A stretch of DNA of 64,000 nucleotides from Naegleria gruberi (taxonomy: Eukaryota). The DNA is taken from the NCBI GenBank assembly GCA_000004985.1, contig GG738919.1; one strand, 5' to 3'. The translations under genes were made by a program, and so were the position numbers. This document shows positions 21,038 to 33,200 of the stretch, piece by piece. Each line of letters begins with the position of its first letter. Within the stretch, counting starts at the first letter, position 1. The notes under the pieces are model-generated. The model was not told the DNA's origin. It saw only the letters and a program-made list of their open reading frames with translations, and searched no databases.

Positions 21038-21203
21038 ATTTAACCTTATTTTTGATAGAATTCCAGTAATTATCATTGACAATATCATTTTAATGAAAAA
21101 CTGAAATATTGTCAAAATTAGTTGTTTGTCACTGAAAGGAATTGGTGTTAAATAATTCCCTTAAGAATATATTATTGAGGATTTTAATATATTAAAGGGA
21201 ATA

Positions 21204-22847
21204 CTATCTCTTCTTGGATGGATTTTCAACATTTGCTGTTGAGGTTGAGGCTTGCTTTCTCTTTTTTGTTGGAGCTTGTTCTTCACCTGTTTTGATAAAG
21301 TGTTCCCAGTCAATCTTACTGTTAATGTCATTCTTGAATTTGGAAAAGTAATTCTTCCATCTCTTATCCATATTTTTACAAGTTGAAACATATTCCTTAA
21401 AGATTGCTCCATTTTGATCTAATTGCGCCAATATTTCTGGAGTTTCATGAATCCACTTGATAGTACTAATGAGTGAAGAAATCTCTAATTGAGATTTCCA
21501 ATTGAAGAATTGGTATGGATACGAATCTCCAGTAAATCCTGGTGAGGTTTCGTATGCTCTATCGAGAGCTGAAAATAGAACTGTCTGGTCATTGATATCA
21601 ACATCTAGTAATTTCATATAACCTGAGGTAACAAATTTTCTAAATACATCCAAATTCTTGCAAGATCCAACAAAGGACACTCTTGTTTTCAGATTGAATG
21701 GTAATCTGTTTCTCATAAAGAATTCATAACACTTTTCATGTTCAAGAGGATCAATAGTTACATAGTCAATATATTGTCCATTAACAATAGTCTGTGCTTG
21801 AATAAAACCATTTGTAATGCACAATATATTTACAAGTCTGTCATTACGTTTCAGTGCAACCATTTTCTTAGGGTTGTTTGGAGATAAACTTGAAAAATAC
21901 CCAAAAGTACTGGTTGATGCTGGTGTATCATCCACAAATGGCCTGGTTTTAATATTATCAATGTCGAGATACTCAAAGGATGGGATTTCAAAGTGTTCAA
22001 GCTCGCATTCATGGCTCATGTATTGATAAAGGTGGGTTGACTCGATTTCGCTAGTTATGAATTTTGGGTATAATGCATAGAATGGAGTGTCTAGAAATAC
22101 AACAGTTTTGAGATATTGAAAGTAGTTAGTTTGCTTGGTAAGCTTAACATCTTTGGAGAATTTTTGTAATTGAAGCATATAAGAATTACTAGTAACAATT
22201 TTTTCCTCAAATGGCTGGAATTCCAAAGCTATTGAGCTATGGTAATGACTATTATAAGTTCTAAATCTTGAAAGATAATCATCTACATCCACATCATTCA
22301 ATTCATTCCTCACTTCACAATTGGAAATCACAAGAGTTTCAACAGAGGTTCTTCCAATAGCTTTCAAAATCTCTGGAGTGACCATCATAAAGTGGAGAGT
22401 GACCTTTTTAACTCCCCTACAATTTGCAATAATCTTCAACAAGTCGGAATATTCCATTCGATAAGGATCGACCTCAGCTGTACGATTTTATCATTTCAAT
22501 TGATGGTCCATCATCGGAAACATGCGATCAAATTGTAAATTTTAGAAAGAATTATTAAACAATAAAAACAAACAGCATTACTTACAAAAATCCAAATGAA
22601 AAGCCGAATATTCAAAGTAATCATTCATCAGAAAATTGAAAATATCCTTCCACGATTTACAAACTCTAGACAATCTAAAATAATTGGGCAAAACTGGAAG
22701 AAAGGACAAGATTTCGGAATAAATTTCCAATGGAAGATCTTCCCACATATTTGCTAATGTTCTAGATCCTTCTTCTTGCACAGTACTAGGACTACTGGGA
22801 CTAACTGGATGAATGTCGGTGGAAGTCAAAGAGTTTGAGTTTTGCAT
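21204..22847 (-). CDS. F-box protein, two exons: join(22586..22847, 21204..22477)
   Basis: Exon 1 carries a classic F-box (LPLEIYSEILSFLPVLPNYFRLSRVCKSWKDI). The donor T|GTAAGT at 22585 and acceptor TACAG| at 22478 remove a 108-nt intron (phase 1). This joins exon 1 exactly in frame to the 417-aa downstream ORF (...HLDF-SEVDPYR-MEYSDLL...). The ORF-track start at 22886 is GTG; the first ATG is at 22847. Confidence 0.6.
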
Positions 22848-23158
22848 TTTTTTTTGATTTGAAAAAATGCTTTTACCCAGTCGCACAATTTAATAAGATT
22901 TACAGTAACAAAAATATTCGTATAGTTGCAACTATTGAAATCTTACACAAATATAAATATTGAAGATCGAGGTTGAAAGTGAAAGTAATTGTATGAGTCA
23001 AATTGGAGATGTGAAGCAAATGGCCGTTCAAAAGTGAAACTGTTGCTAAAAATGGTCACAAACATGTGACAAGTGAAAACATTCTGAAAGAAGATATGTG
23101 AAGCGAAACTAGTTATTGAAAAAAATAGAGAGATAATAGGTTGGTTGACAACTTTATC

Positions 23159-25376
23159 ATGGCCAGTTCTTCGTCTCCAAGAAAGGTTTCGTCAAGTGAT
23201 GGAATTTATTCTATTCCTCTGAGTGTAATAATAATTAATCATCAACATGATAATTTGCAAAATAATTCACTTCAGTTTCTGGGCTCATCATCATCAACCT
23301 CTGATCTAAAAGGTTTGTCATCAATATTATTATTGCTATGATCCGAAAATATGTGAAATAGCCAACTACAGTTTACTTTCGAATATTTCCACTACCAATA
23401 TTGCAGCAGAACAATCACCAACTACAAGCTCCAATCTTTCCTCTTCTCCTAACTTACAAAACTTGAAAAGCAAACGCAAGTCAAGTTCTTTCAATTCCTT
23501 TGATAGTTCATCAGAAATTACCTCATTTCACATTAATTTGCAAGGATTATCCATTTCTAACAAATCTCTCTATGATTATTCAAGTCCTCCTACCTCTCCA
23601 AAATATGGAAAATTATTCAAGAATGCCCATGAGCAAGAATCTATTGGAATATTGAGGAGGAAATTTGAATCATTTCTTATTGATAAGAAAGTCAATTATG
23701 GAGGACATAATAGGGAAACTCATATTTGGAAATTACTATTTCTTGATGATTTTTACAATGTTTTGAATGGAAAGAGTAGAAAATTTGATGATATTGAGGA
23801 GTTATTTCATAGATGTGATATTTTCTTGAGTATCTTGATTGGAGATTTGGGTCAATTCAAGTGTTTAGAAATGTTTAAGAATGAACAGTTCAGTACCTTT
23901 TCAACAACATTTAAATATCCACATTTGGAGAGTTTTGATTTGGTCATACAGGAAATATTGACGACCTATTCCAATAAGAAGAGAAACCTATCACCACCAA
24001 ATGGAATTTCTCTATTGCTTGCCCACGAATATTTACACAAGTGGCTCACAGAACTCAACTCTACATGCCACGAATATTTAAAATTGGCTTCACAAAATCA
24101 AAATCTTGAAACTCAACAATTGAAAACCCAACCTAAACATCATCACATGGTGGTGGAATCTATTTCACCCATCTTTGAGGAAATTGATCCACAAGAAATT
24201 CAAAATCCTCACTTTGATTTTGTATCAATCACTAGGAAATCCAGTTCCTCTTCCTCTAATGCATTCGACATTGCAAGTTCTTCTTCAGCGGATGAAGATA
24301 ACTGTGCACCAGCTGATTCAAAACAAAAAGAACAATTCATGAAGGAGATTATTAGCCAAAATCAAATATTTGATTTGAAAGAGAATGAAAATACCTTACT
24401 CACCTCTCTCAAATTACTCAATCAAATGTTCTATACTGAGCTTGAAGACTACTTTAACTACTTTCAAAAAACCAGCTCTAAATTTTTGAAAAAGTGGTTC
24501 GACAATAATGTAAGAAATCTTCCTCTGCATTGTATTGATGCCATTCAAAAGAGAAAGAAACGATATACGAGCTATCATGAGAGCTTTCGGTTAACAGAGG
24601 AGGATATGAACTTGAAAACCATTGTTGATGCCGACTTTGATTTTGTACATTATTTGTGTGAACATACAGAAGATTGGCAATTATTGGATCTATTCGAAAG
24701 TGATTCAAGCATTCAAGTGTACAAATCTAAAGAAAATTACTCAACAATATCAGGAATGAAATTACAAAAATATATTACACGAGTTAATCAGCCAATAGAA
24801 GTAGTGGCTCGAGCATTGTTGGCCAATGAAGCTCACGGGGATCAATATGGCTTACTAGTAACTGGAAAGTACTATGACTATAGGGAGATTGATTTGAATT
24901 CCTCGTCCAACAAGTATTCAACAGTTATCCAATCATGCACGATAGATTTTGGATCTCTTTTCAGAAAAAGATGTTTGGAAAATGTCATTTCAGCAAAAGG
25001 AACCTTTACAACAAATAATGAGCTTGTCGAAGTTACTCAACTCTACAAGACCTGCTCATATCTCAATAAGGACGAGGAAGAAGGTGCCCGTAAGGTAGTA
25101 ATGATGGGTACCAGATATTTGCAAAAAGAAGACTCTAATACTACCAGAATTGTAGATGCTCGAATGTTTCACCTAGGAGGTATCATGAATTCAAATTTAA
25201 TAGTGCACAAGCTGAGTGTTAAAAAGATGGTGCAATTCTTCTCTGATTATCTCAACAAGTGTTTGGAGAGTGCAAAAAAGAATAGCTATGCTGCGCCTGA
25301 TTTGAAGGAGCATTGTGTGTGGCGAACCTTCTCGGACTATTGTAGAATGCACTACAAAATTGATGTGAATAAATAG
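23159..25376 (+). CDS. hypothetical protein, two exons: join(23159..23312, 23407..25376)
   Basis: ATG at 23159 (MASSSSPRK...). The donor G|GTTTGT at 23313 and acceptor TTGCAG| at 23406 form a 94-nt intron (phase 1) that restores the frame of the 637-aa ORF, whose ORF-track start is a TTG. Ser-rich N-terminus. The C-terminal ~200 aa could be a lipid-binding START-like fold (weak). Confidence 0.5.
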
Positions 25377-25515
25377 TGAATTCCCAATCATGGTTATTCT
25401 AAAAATCTTGTTGTGCAATAATCATCTTATAGCATTCTTCAAATAACCATCTTGTGTATCAATAAAATTAAATTGGATTGAATGGTAGATCACAAATTAA
25501 GAATTTATAATGATC

Positions 25516-27408
25516 TTAGAATCTTCTACCACCACGATTTGAGTTACCTCCACGTCCTCTTCCACGACCTCCTCTATTATTACTACCACTATCTCTATTA
25601 TTACTACTGCTATCAATTCTTCTTTGATTATTCTTATTTTGGTTATTGTCTCTCTTTTGGACCTTATTCTTTCCTTGATTGTTATCCTTTCCATCACGGT
25701 CCTTTCTCTTGGTATTCTTAACCTTCTTTCTATAGGTAATCCAACTTGGTTTAGTGGTGAGTGTAGAGATGAAATCTGGGCGATTCTTCTTGAGAGCACG
25801 AGTAAGCTCCAAGATATTCTTGGCACAGTTCAAGATTTGGGTTTCCATTCTAACCTTTTCCTTGTTTTCTTCCTTCTTTTCAGCCTTCAAGACCTTGATT
25901 GATTCTTCAAGTCTTGGAACGTATGGAGAAACAGCGGCCTCAAGGTTACCCAATCTTTGAAGCATATCTTGTCTCAATTGCTTGAAATCGCCATAGTTAT
26001 CAGTTGGTTGACCAGTGATAATCTTAATACCACAGATTTCATTGAGGGATCCTTGTGCCTTGAAAGCAAGTTGATGGAAGATGAAGAGGAAGCATTCAAT
26101 GTTGGTAAGATTAAGTTTTGGATTAGCGGCATCCTTTTCTGGAATTTCATTCTTCAAAGTTTGATAAATGAGTGGTAAAATAGCTCTAGAGTGATTTTCA
26201 GAAGTGAAGAGAGCAATTTCAGTAATAGCCTTGAGGGTATCAACTCTCAATTTATCTTCTTCTGGAACACTGGTATTCAAATTATTGAGTGATGGGAAGA
26301 TTTGATTCATCAAATAGGAGAAGTATGGAGCATTATCCTTCAAGTGAACCATACCCTTCTTGGCAGCTCTCAAAAAGCTGATCAATTTTCTCAATTTCCA
26401 TCTATCTTCTTCATCAGCAAGATCGAGTGGCTTGGTCAAATCGACTGGAATGTGATTTCTAAGGAATTGCATAAACTTGAAAGAATCCTTTTCGTATGAC
26501 TTCAAACGAGCAACGAGGGAAAGGAAGAGTCTCATATGCTCAGCTTCCTTTTCCTTGTTTGAGAAGGATGATGAAGCGAAGAGTCTCAAAATCTTTTCAA
26601 TAACTGTAATAATTTCCTTTTCAGTGTCTTCTCCAGAAAGTTTTGCTTGAATGGCTTTACGTTTCTTGAACATGATTTCAGAGATGAATTCAACAGTCTT
26701 TTCTCTGAGAAGTTCAGTTTCCTTTGGACTATCTTGAACAGCTGGTGTAGCAACAAGATCCAAAAGTGATTTAAATGTTTCCTTTGGATCAATATCCATA
26801 AGTTCATTCAAGCTTTGTCTAACTACCTTAGCTTCAACAGGATCTTCCTCTTTGAGAAGTTGTGTAAGAATACTGGTTACTTGAGAAATATTTACAGTGT
26901 TGTTGATGCACAACTTTGGTAATCCTTTGGTAGCATTAATTCTGATCGACTTGTCCTCTTCTTCACACAAATCCAATTGCTTTGACATACTTTCTGATGA
27001 AAGGCTTGGGAAGTTAGCAGCATATTTCGGAATGAATTGGCAAGCCAATTCCTTAGCCTTCTTAGAGTGATTTGGTGAAACAATGTTGAGAATTGCTTCA
27101 TAGTGAGACTTTGCCTGTTATTATTTTAAATTATTAAATTATGATAAGGATGATAGTAATATTAAAATTATTTGTGATCATATAATTCATGTGGTAATAC
27201 ATTCACAGTTAGCTCCAACCTTTGATTGTTCAAAACATACCGAAGCCTCCAAGTTTGGTACTTGTGTACCTTGTTCTTGAATAGCAGCCTTCAAGGCATT
27301 GCTCAATTCCTCTTCGTTTTTATACAAAAAGTCAATTTCCTTGTCCGATTCAGCATTAACGTGGACATACAATGTTTCTCCTCCTTTAGTAGTAGTTGTT
27401 GCAGACAT
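25516..27408 (-). CDS. API5: apoptosis inhibitor 5 (API5) homolog, two exons: join(27241..27408, 25516..27114)
   Basis: Exon 2 begins ...AKSHYEAILNIVSPNHSKKAKELACQFIPKYAANFPSL...QLDLCEEEDKSIRINATKGLP. This matches the conserved API5 N-terminal region (…AAQFIPKFF…QLDLCEDEDVSIRRQAIKELP). The C-terminus is an RGG/RGR-rich tail as in API5. Exon 1 (56 codons from the ATG at 27408) ends at donor TCG|GTATGT and rejoins at acceptor AATAACAG|, removing a 126-nt intron (27115..27240), phase 0. Confidence 0.8.
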
Positions 27409-27910
27409 GTTGTTGTTATTATTCTTAGGCTTACTGTAAAAGTGATGATATTGTGGACAAGCTTAAAAGGCTTATTCTCTTATTAATATAATGATGATTT
27501 TGTTGTTGTATGATTGTATTCTATCAATATTACACACACTGAAAACAAGTTCTTTTTAGGTGTGTTGATGATCAACAATTTTTTTTTAAAATTTTTTAAT
27601 AAAATTGAAGATTCATTTTAAAAACAAAATGGCTTAATTGAATAGGTAGCGTTGAACCCGCCTTTTTTCTTCTTAAAATTCTCTATGAAGAATTTATAAT
27701 GATGGAAAAGGATGAGGTTAATAATTACGAAATTTAGATTATATCCTTTTGTAATCAATGTTAAATTCTTCCTAAAATGATAATTAGTCAATAATACTAC
27801 ATAACACTATTGTTAATTGACCATTTATACAACTACCGAAAATGGTATAAATCCAATAAGCAAAATTCACAAAATGTTAATGAAAAAAAACAATCAAAAC
27901 ATTATTCAAA
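27409..27910. promoter_or_regulatory. divergent (bidirectional) promoter region between API5 (-) and the NmrA-like gene (+)
   Basis: 502-bp AT-rich intergenic interval flanked by two start codons on opposite strands. No specific motif identified. Confidence 0.3.
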
Positions 27911-28666
27911 ATGGAATCAAGAAAAGTTGCTTGCTCCTCTCATCAAAACCAACCTTGTGTTTTCATTACTGGAATTTCAGGAAAACTTGGCGAAGTTTTA
28001 TGTAAGAGACTTTGTGACCAAGGATTTAAGTGTAAAGGTTTAGTTAGAGATGAAGATGCCAAGAAGGAAGTTCAAGGATTGGGTTGTACTGATGTTTTCG
28101 TTGGAGATTTGACAAAACTTCAAACAGATGACTTTGTTAAATATTTGGAAGGATGTGATTTTGTGATTGATGCAGCTGGATCAACTTCTGGAAAGGATAT
28201 TGAAAAGATTGAATTTACTTCTGGTAAATTCCTAGCCCAAGCAGCCATGAAGAGTAATGTCAAGAAGTACATTTCCATGTCAGCTGTTGGTTGTGATCAT
28301 TTCTCATCTGGAGAAAGAAAGGATGCTCTTGTATGTGATAAATGTAAGGAAAATAGAGAATATGCTGAGAATCAATACAAGCTTGATCAATTCATTCAAA
28401 ATGAAACCAAGAATTTGGATTATTTGATTGTCAGATCAGGAGATTTGACAGAGGAAAAGGCAATGAACAAGATCTTAATTGGACGTCCACATTTGAGTAC
28501 CAAGTATCGTAAGATGTGTCATACCTCAAGAGAAGATTTGGCAAACTTGTTGGTTTGTCTCTTGAAGAATGACTCCTTAAAGAACATGACCTTTGAAGTT
28601 ATTAATTGTAAGGATGAAGGAATGCCAATTGAGGAGGCTGTCAAACACTTGAACGTTGCCTTGTAG
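27911..28666 (+). CDS. NAD(P)-binding NmrA-like / atypical short-chain dehydrogenase family protein
   Basis: Rossmann motif VFITGISGKLGEVLCKRL near the N-terminus. Downstream segments DFVIDAAGST...KKYISMSAVG...DYLIVRSGDL are typical of the NAD(P)H-binding (NmrA/HSCARG-like) family. Confidence 0.65.
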   Translation: MESRKVACSSHQNQPCVFITGISGKLGEVLCKRLCDQGFKCKGLVRDEDAKKEVQGLGCTDVFVGDLTKLQTDDFVKYLEGCDFVIDAAGSTSGKDIEKIEFTSGKFLAQAAMKSNVKKYISMSAVGCDHFSSGERKDALVCDKCKENREYAENQYKLDQFIQNETKNLDYLIVRSGDLTEEKAMNKILIGRPHLSTKYRKMCHTSREDLANLLVCLLKNDSLKNMTFEVINCKDEGMPIEEAVKHLNVAL

Positions 28667-28759
28667 ATTGACTCTAATCATCAATAAAGCTTTATTGAGG
28701 TTGTGTGAAAATTATTTTGTTTATTTTGTACATTTATCAGATTCTTTTCTATTATCATT

Positions 28760-29989
28760 TTATTCAATGAATTTGTATTCTCTGAAGGTTTTCATTCCAG
28801 AAGCACTTGAATTTAACTTTTCAATAATTTCCTCCTTAATATGTGAAACATCTTTCAAATGAATTGAAACAGTCAACCCATAATAATCAATGAAATGGTT
28901 AATATTGGCAGTGATGGCACCTCTTCTGACTTGTCTCACATTTTCTCCAATAAATGTTACCGCCACAAATCTATCACGTACAACATCGTCCAATTCCAAG
29001 GCACATACCTTAACAATAGCATGAACAGCATTGTCAGGTGTCAATTGTTCAACTAGCTCTGAAAGTGATTTACCATTCTTACTAAATTTCAAATGTTTTG
29101 CATTCTTTTCATCATATTCCATCGAAACAAATGAAACAGTTGGTTGTTGTCTCATATCTTGATAAGCTTCACCAATCAACTCATCAAACTTAATTGGAGA
29201 AGTCAATGAAGATGGAATCAATGAAAAACTTCTAGAAAATCTATTAACACTTCCATTTCCAGAACTAGTAGTAGTAGCAGCAGCAGCAGGTTTTTCACCT
29301 TTGCTTTCAATAGAAGAAGCATTTGATTTAACTGGTTGGGGAGTGCTAAATGTAGAAACAGTTCTAGTTCTATTATGAGTAGGAGTTGATGGTTGACCAC
29401 TTGTTTTCTCAAGTGTTGGACTTGGCAATCTCATAAATGAAGCATTACGCGGTCTTCTTTCAATAGCCACATTTTGAGCTAACAGAGGTGCAGAACTCGT
29501 GCTAACCAATTGAGTTTTCACACAAGCATTTGGCAGATTCAATTTACCAAATTTCAAATCTCTCAAAACTTGTTCTGCCTTTAAGTTTTCAATTTCAAAG
29601 GAAGAAAACTTTTCCAAATTGTGAACAGTTTTGGAATTGACGAATTCTTGAACTTTCTTTGCTGTTTGTTCATCAACTTGATCGTTTTGAGTGTTATTCG
29701 AAACTAGGTCTTTTAATTCTTGTTTTTCTTTGATTAAATCTTCAAGTTCCTTTTGTTTAGACTGACATTCAGTTTCTAATTGTGAAACTAATTGAAGAGA
29801 ACGTGCTTTTAAACCTTCGATAAATTTCTCTGTTTCTATTTGAATTTCGTTCTTCAATTCGGCTTGTTTCTTCTGAATTAGTTCGATGGCTACGTGTAAC
29901 TGTTGATCCGAACAAGTTTGTCTATTCTCCCAGTTGGTAAAGAGGGAATCAACTTGTTGTCTGGAGATGGTGGTTGGAGAAGATGACAT
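28760..29989 (-). CDS. coiled-coil protein with C-terminal ADF-H (cofilin/coactosin)-like domain
   Basis: The N-terminal ~160 aa are heptad-rich (EKFIEGLKARSLQLVSQLETECQSKQKELEDLIKEKQELK). A Ser/Thr/Pro-rich linker follows. The C-terminal ~130 aa (…FVSMEYDEKNAKHLKFSK…VRRGAITANINHFIDYYGLTVSIHLKDVSHIKEEIIEKL) resemble an ADF-H fold. Confidence 0.45.
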   Translation of the reverse strand: MSSSPTTISRQQVDSLFTNWENRQTCSDQQLHVAIELIQKKQAELKNEIQIETEKFIEGLKARSLQLVSQLETECQSKQKELEDLIKEKQELKDLVSNNTQNDQVDEQTAKKVQEFVNSKTVHNLEKFSSFEIENLKAEQVLRDLKFGKLNLPNACVKTQLVSTSSAPLLAQNVAIERRPRNASFMRLPSPTLEKTSGQPSTPTHNRTRTVSTFSTPQPVKSNASSIESKGEKPAAAATTTSSGNGSVNRFSRSFSLIPSSLTSPIKFDELIGEAYQDMRQQPTVSFVSMEYDEKNAKHLKFSKNGKSLSELVEQLTPDNAVHAIVKVCALELDDVVRDRFVAVTFIGENVRQVRRGAITANINHFIDYYGLTVSIHLKDVSHIKEEIIEKLNSSASGMKTFREYKFIE

Positions 29990-30220
29990 TTTTTTGTTGT
30001 TGATTTGTTTCGAATATCAAACAGATGAAATTCAACACACTAAAAAGTCAATTGTCAAGTGGTTACCTTTTTTGCTCTGATTGTTTGAAAATGGTGGTTA
30101 TTGCACAAGAACGAGTTTTAAATTGTTTGATTTGTCAAAACTCGTCCAAATATTTTACTGTTCAACATCACACAACAAGAAAGGTTTACAGTAAACAAAT
30201 TTTCATTGTAAACTAAGTGT

Positions 30221-33200
30221 TTAATGTTGTGGTGAGGAATTTTGTTGGCTAATAGTTTGGAAACTTTGCTTTCTCTTTACAAAATCAGTAATGGCATCAT
30301 TGAGCTTGGTAATAATTCGAACCTTTTCGTTTGGTCTATTCATGACATCGTACTCAACTGTGAATTTACGAGCAATGGCTGAAATTTGGAATTTGCTATT
30401 GTTAGATCCGAAATCCATTGGATGAACAGTTAAATCACCCAAACTCAAAACAAATCTTGCTTCATATCGATCCTTCTTCTTTTCTTCCATTATTCCCATA
30501 ACGTCCACATTGTCAGATTTGTCAATTCCATTGGCTCCTTCTGCTGTTGCAATTTTCATAGCAGCAGCTCCACTTGGAGTACCTCCCAATTCTGAAGTGG
30601 AGGCACTCACTGATGGAGTAGGTACATTTACTGTTGAGGTAATGTTTGGTTGAGAGTTGGCCTTAACAGACAACTTTCTTCTAACTCGAGATAATTTTCC
30701 ATCCTCTTCTTGTGTATTTTCAGATTCTCTAACAGCATGAATAAATAAATCGTTGAATAAGAAAACGACACATTCCTCATTGACATGAGTGTCATAGGTA
30801 GATCTCAACTTGTCAAATTCACAAATATATCTACGTTGAGGTTGAATTAAATCTGTCAGTCCTGATAATCTATCTGCCACACTCTTCATACGATAGAAAT
30901 ATTGACGTTCACGAATCTTATTATTCAAGAAGGTGGCAACTTCTTCAGTGATGGAAATTGCATTCACCAAATTACCGAAATCTGGATGTTCAGGATTCTT
31001 GGTGTGTTTCAACAAACCCTTCAATAGGAGAATATATCTTGGAATACGTTGGATAGGCTTGATCAAGAAACCTTGAAGTTGTTCACCCTTTGAGAATGGA
31101 TCCTTTCTTCTAATGTAGAGATAATTTCTAAATCTTGGATTATCCTTATGTTTAGAATAAGTTTCAATAGCCATTTCATATTTTGTTGAGAAGGTGGTAT
31201 ACAATTTGAAAGTTTGATGGAGTTTGATGAAAATATCGGCAATCTTTTGATCCTTGTGCCATTCATTAACACGTTCTTCTAAATCTGTTACGAGAATCTT
31301 GTGCAATTTGTAAATTCCCAATAAACCACCAAAGATCTTAGACTTGTCATCTTCTGAAATGAGATTAGGCAAATATTTCAATAGTGGATAATAGTACAAT
31401 TCTATAATCTTGGCCATAGAAGTGACGTAGGCTCTTTCAGTGTCGAGAATTTCCTTTGCCAAATTTTCTCTTTCCAAAATATCCTTTTCATTTTCCAATT
31501 GTTTGACATCTTCTTGTTTTTCGGTAGATGTCTTGGTTTCAGTTGCGCTATTATCAGAGGTCTTGTTGGATTCAATATTTGGACTTGTCTCTGTTGTGAC
31601 AGTTTCAAGATCTTCCAATACATCTACAGGAGATCCCTTGTGGCTCTTCTTTCCAATCATGAAACTACCAAAACCAATATTTGACAACTCTTCATCACTG
31701 TCATAGTCACTATCACTATCACTATCAGCATGTTGCATTTGGTCAATGACAGATTTGATTAAAAGACCACACTTGCCAGAGGATGCTGAACTTGCTCCAC
31801 TAATTCTCATATTTTCATTCAATCTAATCTTGTTATGTTCCAAGTGAGTGAGCAATAAATCTTGTAGCATGTGACAAATTACCAATCTTTGCATGAGGGC
31901 AGGTTCCTTTCCACTCTTCTTTTTGATGATTTCCTTTTCCTCTTCAGTGAGTTTGTTATTCACATTCACAGAAACAAAAGTGGAATCAACAATAGTTGAA
32001 AGACCCTTACATTTCAACAAGATTTGATTCAATGTCGATTCATTTCCTTCACTTCCCATCTTGATAATGGAAATGTATGGCTCTGGTTCAGATGCAGAAC
32101 CGGTGGAGTTGGCACTAATACCATTTGATTCGTACCATTCGACAATATCATCTAATTTGGTTTGTTCCTTCTTTTTCTTTCTTTGGAGTGAAAGACTTTC
32201 CAATTTGCCCAAACTGTGCCAAACAGGTGTACCAGTTGAGGAGGATGCTGTCTTTCCGAAATTAGGAGCTGAGAACTTGGATTCGATTTGATTGGCTGTG
32301 ACGAGGTAAATCTTTGGTCTCATATTTCTATTGATTGGATCCTTTGATTGTTTTGGATCGTGCTTTGCTAATAAATCAACTAAAAGTGTAAAAACTTCCT
32401 CATATCCTCCATCATTATCTGGTTTCTTAATCTTATTGGTGATGAGATCAATAACTGAATAGTAATATTCCAAATCTTCATTATCAATAATAATTTCAAC
32501 AGATTTCTTTGTAAAGATACCAACAGTCATCCTATCTGCTGGACGTAACTTGAAGAGAATATGTAAATATCTGAGCACAATTTCAATGGCAGAACCCAAT
32601 CTATTATCATATGCTGTGAATTGAGAATAATCTTCACCCTTTTCACTTTGTTTCAAACTCTTGCCTGCTGGTTTAAAAACAGGAAGAGAAGGAATCATAT
32701 CTTGTGAAGACATATTTCTCGAAACATCCACAAAGATATAGTGGTGAATGCCAGTATTTGGAGTGGCTTTAAACAAGTGACCACTTGGAGAGAAGATGAA
32801 ACCATTTTCTTTGGCTGGGAATCTTTCAGCTAGTAATGAAACTTCCTCCAAATAATCCAATGCACTACAATCCAAAACTTGGTGAGAGACGTGTCTCTTA
32901 CAATATTCGAGTGGTGTATTGGAAGTAGAGTTTTGGTCCAATTTTTGAACTCTACACAAGTTGAATTGACGCATTTCCTCATTGGACATGCAGGCCTTCT
33001 TACATGGATCAACAAATCCACACAAGGACCAGAATTTTTCATGTTTCAATTCATCCATTGGTTCACATTTCATAGTAGAGTGCTTACGACCTGTTGCCAT
33101 CAAACTCAATTCACCATTATATGGACAATCTTCCTCACCATTATCAGATAAAGAATCATCGAAATTATCGGTAATAATCATGGAATCTTCTCTTCCATAT

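Noticed and set aside
25497-26807. ORFs 25497..25826 (-), 25624..26499 (+ set), 26586..26807 (-) overlapping API5
   Set aside because: They are in alternative frames or antisense to the API5 coding region, which is supported by homology.
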